This document shows positions 30,563 to 38,956 of a stretch of DNA of 64,000 bases, piece after piece. The DNA comes from a virus: positions 32,001 through 96,000 of IMG/VR virus record IMGVR_UViG_3300042923_000524. One strand, 5' to 3'. The notes beneath the pieces were generated by a model, which saw nothing but the letters and a program-made list of their open reading frames with translations, was not told where the DNA came from and searched no databases. Both the position numbers and the translations under genes were made by a program. Position 1 is the first letter of the stretch, and each line of letters starts with the position of its first letter.

Positions 30563-32431
30563 TTAATTAAAGAACATATATTTTGATAGGTCAACCGACT
30601 GCTTTTTGTTAATTATATTTTGTCTTCTGAGTTGTTGTAGATACCAACCAAGCATAGCCAAACAATATGCTCTATCATCATTCATTTTATTTTCTTTATC
30701 AGGTGATAAATCATATCTATAATTACCATTAGTACCATCAAATCTATAAATATTAACCAATTCTTCTTTTGCTAAATCAATATTTTTTAAAGCTAATTCT
30801 TGGTCAAAATCTAATTTATGTTGTTCATATTTAATTTCTTTATCTTTAACTAATTCACCATCATCGTTTTCAATTTCAATTTCTTTACCAGTTTCTTTTG
30901 GTAACATTAAATAGCCTTTAACATCATATTCTGAAGTGAAAGAAATTAAATCTAAATTTATCATTTCAAGTAAAGCATCAAACATTTCTTTTTTATATTT
31001 TTGTGGTGACATAAGTTTTATTTTATCTACTGCATTTGGAAATTTATTAACATAATCAACAGATTCTATTTTGTCAATTAAACCTTTATGTTTAACTCCA
31101 TCTTTATCTTCCCATTCTTCCATAAAATAGTCTGCTATATTTACACCACCACCACCAGCACCCGCATCTATAAGTAAAGATTCTATATTTTCATAATCCG
31201 CAACTTGTTTTCCGTTATATCCAAGTAGAATCTGTTTTACCATTTCTACCTGTTCTGGTGTACGCATTGGTGTCTTTTTTTTCTTTCCTATGTCTACGAA
31301 ACTAATACCATTACATATTTCCATTTTAAAACCCACATTATCATCAAAAATAATTTCTCCAGCCATACATATTGAATTATCATAAGAACGTGCGGGGTCA
31401 TAAGCTAAAACAAACTTTTGTTTATTTGTATTATTATGTAACACAGGTAATCTCGTTGTAGAATTTTTAATTACAGTTGCTCTTTTAAAAACTTGTTTAT
31501 CTCCACCATCAATAGAAAACTTGTTATAAAATTCTCTCATAGCTTTTTCTTTATTTTTTCTCATTTCTGCATCAATTTCATCTTTATTTATAAGAGCTGA
31601 TGGATATAATTTGCCATTAAAAGTTGGATTAAGCATAATTTCACAATTTAAATCACAAACAAAATAATTTTTATCACCTAAAAACATTCTCTTTGCATAA
31701 TCTTTATATAGTGTGTAAAAATAACTATCTGTGCTAGAAGCAGAAGAAATGAATAATCTCTGATTTGGTATTTGTTGAGGAAAAGTTGATACATCAAAAT
31801 TTCCACCTAGTCTAAAAGTTGAGTTTTGTAATAAGAAAGGAATGGTTGCAACCACATAATCTTCTTCAGTCCAACCACTTTCATCATAAACATTCAGATT
31901 TGAACGTTTACCTCTATTATTGTTAATATCTCCACTCAAACTAGTTACTGCACTACCATTATATAATTTATAATTGAATCCAGATTGTGAATGTGTAAAA
32001 CCATCTGTGTTTGCTGCTGATTTAACTAATTCACCCATAAAGAAATCTGTTAATCCAGAAAAACTAGCCAATTCTTTTTTTGCAATTTTTTCTATTTTCA
32101 TAAATGTATCTTGACTTTGTGCAGATACATTACTAAGTATAAAACTATTATGTCCATTTACCAATATGCCTTTTGACATAATAAATGGTGCTGACAATGT
32201 TGATTTGCCTCCATTTCTAGTAATACACCACAGATTAAATGGTTTTAACCATGAATTCATAAAGGCATATTTTTGTGCATCTAAGAATTCAATACCCAAA
32301 AATCTCTCATTGAATTTTATAGGATTTTTCCTACCCCATTGTATTACCTCTGCCAACTTTGCATAGCCTTCTAGTTTTTTTTGAGAAATTGCAATTTCAG
32401 AATTTCTAATAAAATAGTCCAAAATTTTCAA
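30563..32431 (-). CDS. Terminase large subunit (YonF-like)
   Basis: Walker A TRNGGKST, Walker B VYDESG, nuclease LAYDPA and DDRAYC. Confidence 0.9.
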   Translation of the reverse strand: MKILDYFIRNSEIAISQKKLEGYAKLAEVIQWGRKNPIKFNERFLGIEFLDAQKYAFMNSWLKPFNLWCITRNGGKSTLSAPFIMSKGILVNGHNSFILSNVSAQSQDTFMKIEKIAKKELASFSGLTDFFMGELVKSAANTDGFTHSQSGFNYKLYNGSAVTSLSGDINNNRGKRSNLNVYDESGWTEEDYVVATIPFLLQNSTFRLGGNFDVSTFPQQIPNQRLFISSASSTDSYFYTLYKDYAKRMFLGDKNYFVCDLNCEIMLNPTFNGKLYPSALINKDEIDAEMRKNKEKAMREFYNKFSIDGGDKQVFKRATVIKNSTTRLPVLHNNTNKQKFVLAYDPARSYDNSICMAGEIIFDDNVGFKMEICNGISFVDIGKKKKTPMRTPEQVEMVKQILLGYNGKQVADYENIESLLIDAGAGGGGVNIADYFMEEWEDKDGVKHKGLIDKIESVDYVNKFPNAVDKIKLMSPQKYKKEMFDALLEMINLDLISFTSEYDVKGYLMLPKETGKEIEIENDDGELVKDKEIKYEQHKLDFDQELALKNIDLAKEELVNIYRFDGTNGNYRYDLSPDKENKMNDDRAYCLAMLGWYLQQLRRQNIINKKQSVDLSKYMFFN

Positions 32432-32436
32432 CCTCC

Positions 32437-33519
32437 CTAATCTTTATCATTGATTTCTGTAAGATGCATTTGAACTTTTAGCAATCTATAATCCTCTTTG
32501 GATTTCATTAATTCTGCATCAAGTTTTTTTATCATAGTATTTTGTTGAGCAATCATATCCGTGTATTCATTCTCATCAAGCATTAAATTTTCTAAAATAC
32601 TTTTATTACTAAAGTCTGCTATCTGTTTCATGGCATCACAAGTTTCTAAATCAAACAAATTTATTTCTGCCGAAGATAGACCAATTTCATTTAGCTTTTT
32701 AACAATTCCATTTAATGTATTTCCACCCTTAGACCTGTTATTGTTATGATTAACCGAGATACCATTATCTTTAGCCAAAGCTAATACAGCTCCAAGCATT
32801 TGTTTTTTTGCATCCATTAAAGACTTGATTCCACCCACATTATTTGTAACAGCTTTTATATCACTCGTTATTACCGCTAACGCACTATTAATTTTATCTA
32901 TTTGATTAAATGTTTTTACAATTTCTATAACTGCTGGTAACTTAAATGAATCATCTAATGTTGACTCATCAAGAAAATCTATTAATCTATTATATAAATA
33001 AGATTTATCATTGGGGTTTTCACTTTCAAATGGGTCGTAACCTAAAATTCTTAAAACATCTTCTTCATTCTGTTTATGATTTAGATTTACATCCCTTTCA
33101 TCAATCACTTCTTCAGAAACTACAATTTTCTTCTCATAAAAATCATCACTTTCATCAAATGTATAACTTGAATATTGATTAAGAGAGTTTATATTTTTCA
33201 TATAAATTGAATATATATGAGTTCCTTTATTATTAGATTCATTCAAAGAAGCATTATAAACATTCTCTACATATACAACATCTAATTTTCTGCATAATAG
33301 ATAAATAGCAGTTCTGGAATCCCCATTATTTTTTTCTAAATAATAATCATAAATACTTAAAATACAGTCTTTACAAACACCCATTCTCCCATCGGGCAAT
33401 CCTTTATATTTTATTGAATTTGATTTATAGTAATTACGTTCAGCTATTTTTTCAGCACCACAGCAAGTACACTTAATTGTATATTTTGCTACACTTGCTT
33501 TTTTCTTAGTACCTGCCAT
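32437..33519 (-). CDS. Putative terminase small subunit (N-terminal Zn finger)
   Basis: CTCC..VCKDC; immediately upstream of the large subunit; call is positional. Confidence 0.5.
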   Translation of the reverse strand: MAGTKKKASVAKYTIKCTCCGAEKIAERNYYKSNSIKYKGLPDGRMGVCKDCILSIYDYYLEKNNGDSRTAIYLLCRKLDVVYVENVYNASLNESNNKGTHIYSIYMKNINSLNQYSSYTFDESDDFYEKKIVVSEEVIDERDVNLNHKQNEEDVLRILGYDPFESENPNDKSYLYNRLIDFLDESTLDDSFKLPAVIEIVKTFNQIDKINSALAVITSDIKAVTNNVGGIKSLMDAKKQMLGAVLALAKDNGISVNHNNNRSKGGNTLNGIVKKLNEIGLSSAEINLFDLETCDAMKQIADFSNKSILENLMLDENEYTDMIAQQNTMIKKLDAELMKSKEDYRLLKVQMHLTEINDKD

Positions 33520-33730
33520 TTAATCCATCTCCTTTAATCCTTTTTAATAATAAAAAATACACTGTTATTTCTGCCCTTATCTAAATAAGAGCAGTTAAAC
33601 ACTGTATTAAAATCACGACCAAATGTCCATTCAGAGGACAATATAATAAACCCTACAGTCAACTCCTTGCATTACGGACTAAGCCAGCTCTAAGGCGAAG
33701 GAAGGTAGGGTTATTAACTATAATTTTATA

Positions 33731-34051
33731 CTATTCTTCATCTATGTAATTTAAAACATCAGACATGAAAGTTCTTAATTTATCCTCTATACACCAAGGA
33801 CAGCCATCAGTATTACATATATCAACAACTGTATTATGAATCATATCTTCCAATTCATTTTCTTTACAATCACATCCACAACATTCAGCACAATTACGCT
33901 CATCTTCAAAATTAAAATCTTCAACATCTTTGAGGTCTGACTCTAAACCTATGAATTGTGTGGAAGTAATTTCTTGACCATTGTATAGAAATTTTTCTTC
34001 ATAAATTCCGTTCTTGTCAAAATTTATTTTATGAATTATATTAGCTTTCAT
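33731..34051 (-). CDS. Hypothetical acidic Cys-rich protein
   Basis: CAECCGCDC and GCPWCI motifs. Confidence 0.55.
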   Translation of the reverse strand: MKANIIHKINFDKNGIYEEKFLYNGQEITSTQFIGLESDLKDVEDFNFEDERNCAECCGCDCKENELEDMIHNTVVDICNTDGCPWCIEDKLRTFMSDVLNYIDEE

Positions 34052-34074
34052 TAATTTTATTTCTCCTTTTATTC

Positions 34075-34698
34075 CTATAATATTTCATCTAAGTCGCAAT
34101 CAACGCCAATTATTTTATCAACTATACCTAATTCTCTACCTTCTTCATCGGCATAAATATAAAATTCTTTTTCATATTTAGCATCATAGAATTCTGGTGT
34201 CATTTTAGTTCTACTCAAAACATATTTCTTAATTCTATCATCCATCTTGTCATAGAATTTAGCTATATCTTTAAACTTACTTCCACTTGAAGAAGCTCCA
34301 ACATTTCCATCATGTATTAATATTGTACTGTTAATAAACGCATATTTTCTATCACAAGCAAGATATATTAAACTACCCATTGAGTATCCATATCCTAATA
34401 AAACTCCATCTACAGGCGTTTTACTTGCTAGAATAGAGTCTATAATAGTGTAGCCACTTGCAACTTCGCCACCGCAACTATTGATGTAAAGTTTAATTCT
34501 TTTTCGGTTTTCGATTGGTAGATTTTTATCTTCTTTGTTAAACTTTAATATCTGTAAAACTACCATTTCAATAACATCTTGTGTTATTTCTGAATTTAAA
34601 ACAATCACTCTGTCCCTTAAACTTTCTTCAAATACTCTATCAAAGAAACTATTACCACTTGGAATTTCTAACATTACATCATTATTAACTCTATTCAT
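34075..34698 (-). CDS. clpP: ClpP-like peptidase subunit
   Basis: R.I.L..EI..I.LYINS.GG.V..G; YSMG (Ser), LIHD (His), ELGIVDKI. Confidence 0.85.
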   Translation of the reverse strand: MNRVNNDVMLEIPSGNSFFDRVFEESLRDRVIVLNSEITQDVIEMVVLQILKFNKEDKNLPIENRKRIKLYINSCGGEVASGYTIIDSILASKTPVDGVLLGYGYSMGSLIYLACDRKYAFINSTILIHDGNVGASSSGSKFKDIAKFYDKMDDRIKKYVLSRTKMTPEFYDAKYEKEFYIYADEEGRELGIVDKIIGVDCDLDEIL

Positions 34699-34763
34699 AA
34701 CCTATCCTCGCTTTTATATTTATTGTTTAAAAATTGACCTTAAAAACGTTATTTGGTGGTCAT

Positions 34764-35975
34764 TTACTGTAATACCACATCTTTAATCATTTCAACCTTG
34801 CCATCTGTTAGTATAGAAATAGTCTGTGAAGCCACTGTTGTACAACCAAAAGTTACGCTGAAATCATTATAGCCTGAAAGACAACCTGTAGAAATAATGT
34901 ATCTACCATTATTTTCAGACACGATATTGAAATTATGTAAATGTCCTTTATAATATAAATCATATATTACATTATCCATGGAAATTTCATTCTTTATTTG
35001 TTGTTTACCGTCTTTTACTCCATTATTTCCATGTACAAATTTACATTTTAAACCTTTTATTTCTTTTACTATTTCTTTATCAGTATGTCTTCTTTCAATA
35101 ACTGTAAGTCTATTATTTTCACTCAACTCTTTGTATTTTCCAAGTTGCTCTCTAATAATAACCTCTGCATTATCTCCGTCAAGATTAGATTGATAATCAC
35201 CATTCATACGGTCATGGTTTCCATAAATTGAATCATATTCAACATTGCAATATTTACAAAGAGCAGTTAGAAATCTATAAATAAGTTCTATTGCCTTGTT
35301 TATTTGCTGTGATTGGTTGAATTCACAGAATTGAGATTGATTTTTTCTCATAGATAAATGCTCAATCACATCACCTGTGTTTACAACAAATATTTTTTTA
35401 ATCCCATACATTTCAATATATTTATAACACTCACTGATTAATTTATCTATTCTTTGATTTGCAATTTTCCAATTGTAATAATTACCCTTACAATCATCTA
35501 TAATATAACCTATATGCCAATCAGATATATGAACTATCATTTCATATTCACTATTAATATTAATCGGTTCTACGCAATATTCAGGAATTGTAATAGTACA
35601 ATTATCTTCTAAATATTGTTTCAATTCATCAGCAATACTAATTGATTTTACAAAATCTCTTTTTATTCTATTTAAATCAGTTTTTTCTTTTGATATTTGA
35701 AATTTTAAAGTGTCTAATTCTCCAACTTTTTCTCTAATAGATTGAAGTTGTGTTTTTGACTTAGTTTTATCTTGTTCACTTCTCAGTACAGGAATTATCT
35801 TTTGTAGTCCATAAATTCTCTTCCGTGCTTCGTCTGGACTTAATTTCTCATTGAATAATAATTCCCAAACTTCACTATTTTCCAAATCAAATATTCCACT
35901 TTTCTTATTAGTGATTAATCTATCACAATAATCAAGGAAACTTTCATTTTCTTTTCTTAGAAAATCGCTATTCAT
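34764..35975 (-). CDS. Calcineurin-like metallophosphoesterase (YonJ-like)
   Basis: SDWHIG, TGDVIE, GNHDR, FVHG, GHLH motifs. Confidence 0.85.
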   Translation of the reverse strand: MNSDFLRKENESFLDYCDRLITNKKSGIFDLENSEVWELLFNEKLSPDEARKRIYGLQKIIPVLRSEQDKTKSKTQLQSIREKVGELDTLKFQISKEKTDLNRIKRDFVKSISIADELKQYLEDNCTITIPEYCVEPININSEYEMIVHISDWHIGYIIDDCKGNYYNWKIANQRIDKLISECYKYIEMYGIKKIFVVNTGDVIEHLSMRKNQSQFCEFNQSQQINKAIELIYRFLTALCKYCNVEYDSIYGNHDRMNGDYQSNLDGDNAEVIIREQLGKYKELSENNRLTVIERRHTDKEIVKEIKGLKCKFVHGNNGVKDGKQQIKNEISMDNVIYDLYYKGHLHNFNIVSENNGRYIISTGCLSGYNDFSVTFGCTTVASQTISILTDGKVEMIKDVVLQ

Positions 35976-35978
35976 GTA

Positions 35979-36131
35979 TTACTCCTTTTCTTCAATCTTA
36001 ATTTTCTTCTTTTTTCTATCTATCTTTTTATGCTTACTTTCTAATTCAAATTGTTTTATAACCCTAGAATCAACATCAAAACTTTCTAAAGCTTCATTTA
36101 ATTCATCTAAATAATCATCATAATTATTCAT
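35979..36131 (-). CDS. Small 50-aa protein (MNNYDDYLDELNEALES..)
   Basis: Hand-translated; acidic N-terminus and basic C-terminus. Confidence 0.45.
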   Translation of the reverse strand: MNNYDDYLDELNEALESFDVDSRVIKQFELESKHKKIDRKKKKIKIEEKE

Positions 36132-36139
36132 TCTATTTT

Positions 36140-36696
36140 ATTTATCATCCTTTTTAATCTATTTTTATATCTGGATAAATCAATACAGATGCTCACCCAT
36201 TAGCAAGTAAGCATCTGTATTTTAGAGGGAGTATTATGAAAAATATATGTATAAGGCAAACTGTTAAATCTTCCACTTATCGGGTAGGAACTCTCCCCTG
36301 TTAGGTTGGGTTTTGAGAGGGTGTCAAAAGCCTCCACACCCTCTCTTGGATTCTACATGTAGAAAAATTAGTGCTTTGTTGATTACATAGTAACCAAACT
36401 CTAAATTAGTCTAAAAAGCGTGGTTTCTAAAACTTTGGTAATTTCCACATATCCAAAGTAAAACTTAACCCCGATTTGCTATCTAAGTGGTTTTAGAATC
36501 GCAGTTTTGTATATCTTATCACTGCGACGAATGATAAGTGTTGACAGTATCACCGACAGCGAATTGTCCATAAATTAAATATTCTGTGGTAAATTGTAAC
36601 AGTCTTATTAATTGTCTCATATTTAAACTCTCCGACACGGAGAACTAGAGGACTGTAACCCTAGTATGTATTATCTATGATGCCCTTTGGCTAGTA
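36140..36696 (-). ncRNA. Candidate large structured non-coding RNA
   Basis: About 550 nt without a convincing ORF; at least 8 hairpins and a possible H-type pseudoknot (see findings). Confidence 0.4.
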
Positions 36697-36876
36697 TTAG
36701 TCTGTTATTTCTTCGCCATATGTAATGGCTATTTTAACATTCTTAGAATTAAAATCTTTTAGCAATTCTTTTAATTCCTTAGTTCCAATTTCTTCTACAT
36801 CCATTGTCATATCTTCTATATCCAAAATTCCCTCAATAGTCTTACTAAACTTTTCTTGTATTTTTGATTTTGCCAT
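36697..36876 (-). CDS. YonK-like small protein (59 aa)
   Basis: MAKSKIQEKFSKTIEGILDIEDMTMDVEEIGTKELKELLKDFNSKNVKIAITYGEEITD; resembles SPbeta YonK (G..D...LSEFNGKNVSI); RBS GGAGG. Confidence 0.65.
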   Translation of the reverse strand: MAKSKIQEKFSKTIEGILDIEDMTMDVEEIGTKELKELLKDFNSKNVKIAITYGEEITD

Positions 36877-36910
36877 CCTTTTATTCCTCCATTAATTTTA
36901 TATTAATTAT

Positions 36911-38350
36911 TTATAAATAAACTACATCATCTTTACTTATCGCATATACTTTAGCACTACTACACTTCTGACTTAGTCGTTCCTCCAGTAATTCAGCAAA
37001 TTGCACTTTATTTGAGAACTCTCCATGAACTAAACATATTTGTTTTAATCCATTTATACTACTATAATACTCAAGCATTTCATTGTGCTGAATATGTGAA
37101 GAGTATGATTTTAATTCAACTATATTACATTTGTTTTTAACTTCATCCTTGCCAATAAATATAGTTTTATATTTTTTGCTCTTAATTTTACCTAAAATAC
37201 TATCATCAGGAGAATAACCTATTGTTACAATACAACTATTTTCATCTTGTAATATATATGGTAAATAATGCATTACTCTTCCTGCGCTACACATTCCACT
37301 AGCTGAAATTAAAATTGAACTCTCATTGCTTGATACATTCATTTTACTTTCATCAGATGAATTGATAATATTTAATTTATCCCAATACAATATCTCATTA
37401 AGATAACTCTTTTCATCACCTTCTAATTGATTTAAATATTCCTCTGTGATTTTTATTGCAAGAGGACTATCTAAGTATATGGGCAGATTAAAGCTGTTAT
37501 CATCTTTAAATATAGTATATAAATCACTTAATATTTCTTGTGTTCTGGCAAATGAAAAAGATGGAATAAGTATTCTACCTTTTTTCCTATCTATAATATC
37601 GCAAACTATTGTTTTTAATTTTTCTAAATCTTTAAGCCTTGTTTTAGAATTTACATTATTAATTTTCATAGCATAAGTTGATTCAACTATTGCCATATCT
37701 GCATATTCTACAGGCTTAAACTCTTCAACAAAATGCTTTTTACCAACAATTAGGTTGCCTATATCTCCTGTGTATAGTAATACCTTTTTAATATTATTGA
37801 TTGTAATAAAAAGTTCAACTTGATTTGCACCGAATAAATGCCCACTAGGAGTAAATCTGAAGCTTAAAATATCATCAATCTTATGTATTGTGTTTGTCTC
37901 ATATTCTGTTATATGGTTTAAGCATTTATCTGTATCACATTTTTCATAGAAAGGTTTGATATTTTTACCCTGTTTTGATAATATTTCAGATGTTCTATTA
38001 ATAATGTGGCAACTATCTTCTAAAAGTAGTTTCATTATTCCACCTGTATTTTTAGGAATTATTATATCTGCATTACAATTATTTTTTTCTTTATATAAAG
38101 CAGGAGTCAAACCAATGTGGTCAATATTATTATGGGTGAAAAATATATGAGTTATTTCGCTAGGTCTAAATTTAAATGCTCTTGAATTTATTTGCATGTC
38201 TTTTAATGTGGAATTGCTTTGGTAAAGACCACATTCGAGTAAAATTTTATGATTTTTAAATTCTACGAGAATCATTGAATTTGTTACATCATGTGCATTT
38301 TCTCCCACAAATGAGACTTTAATATCTTCGCTTTTCTTCTTACTCCCCAT
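36911..38350 (-). CDS. Metallo-beta-lactamase / beta-CASP nuclease
   Basis: ILLECG, THNNIDHIG, SGHLFGA, YTGD, VESTY, IPSFSFAR.QE, SASGM..GR, SSH. Confidence 0.85.
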   Translation of the reverse strand: MGSKKKSEDIKVSFVGENAHDVTNSMILVEFKNHKILLECGLYQSNSTLKDMQINSRAFKFRPSEITHIFFTHNNIDHIGLTPALYKEKNNCNADIIIPKNTGGIMKLLLEDSCHIINRTSEILSKQGKNIKPFYEKCDTDKCLNHITEYETNTIHKIDDILSFRFTPSGHLFGANQVELFITINNIKKVLLYTGDIGNLIVGKKHFVEEFKPVEYADMAIVESTYAMKINNVNSKTRLKDLEKLKTIVCDIIDRKKGRILIPSFSFARTQEILSDLYTIFKDDNSFNLPIYLDSPLAIKITEEYLNQLEGDEKSYLNEILYWDKLNIINSSDESKMNVSSNESSILISASGMCSAGRVMHYLPYILQDENSCIVTIGYSPDDSILGKIKSKKYKTIFIGKDEVKNKCNIVELKSYSSHIQHNEMLEYYSSINGLKQICLVHGEFSNKVQFAELLEERLSQKCSSAKVYAISKDDVVYL

Positions 38351-38672
38351 AATATTTTCCCTTGCCTTCTAAAAAATCTATCCACTCAGAGTCAGATTCG
38401 TAAAGTCTTGCTTCTAAAATCATTCTGTATTTATAAAGCATACAAATCTTACCCTTTAGCATATCCCACATTAATTTAGAATCTAGTTGTTTACCAAATT
38501 TATTTTCTCTGCAAAGGCGTTTAATATTTACATTTTCTTCTCTAATGAGTGAAATGTATTCTGACATTGGTTTACCTAATCTATAGTTTTCACATTGTTC
38601 ATCATTGTTTTTATAATTTTTGCAATCATTAATGCAGATTTGACACCTTGCACATATGTTTTTATCAATCAT
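38340..38672 (-). CDS. Hypothetical protein (N-terminal Cys cluster)
   Basis: CARCQ.C.NDC..CE.Y. Confidence 0.6.
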   Translation of the reverse strand: MIDKNICARCQICINDCKNYKNNDEQCENYRLGKPMSEYISLIREENVNIKRLCRENKFGKQLDSKLMWDMLKGKICMLYKYRMILEARLYESDSEWIDFLEGKGKYYGE

Positions 38673-38956
38673 ATATAAACATCCTTCGCAATTTATTTTA
38701 TTTTGTCTGTATTAAATATTATAGTTTTATATTAATTATTAAAAATAAAATTGAGGGTATAATTTCTTACACCCTCCTTGAAGGGGTAAATATATCTCTT
38801 ATATTTGTAAATTAGACCTTGTTGCCCTCAAACACGATTATAGAAAATAAGCTATAACCGTGTTATATCAATGGTTATAATCATATTTAATAAAATTTTA
38901 AATTTATTAATAACCTAGCAAACCCTTATGTATCAACACTTGTTAGGATTTGGTGC

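Noticed and set aside
33660-33712. Twister-like or SRP-like look (GGACTAAGCC; GAAGGAAG)
   Set aside because: Required conserved nucleotides and pseudoknots not found
36252-36335. GGCAAAC..AAAGCCTCC looks partly like a c-di-GMP-I riboswitch
   Set aside because: No GNRA hairpin or GACGCAAA element, and it is antisense to the operon
36490-36509. GTTTTAGAATCGCAGTTTTG resembles the start of a type II CRISPR repeat
   Set aside because: Single degenerate copy with no spacers or cas genes; better explained as part of local base-pairing
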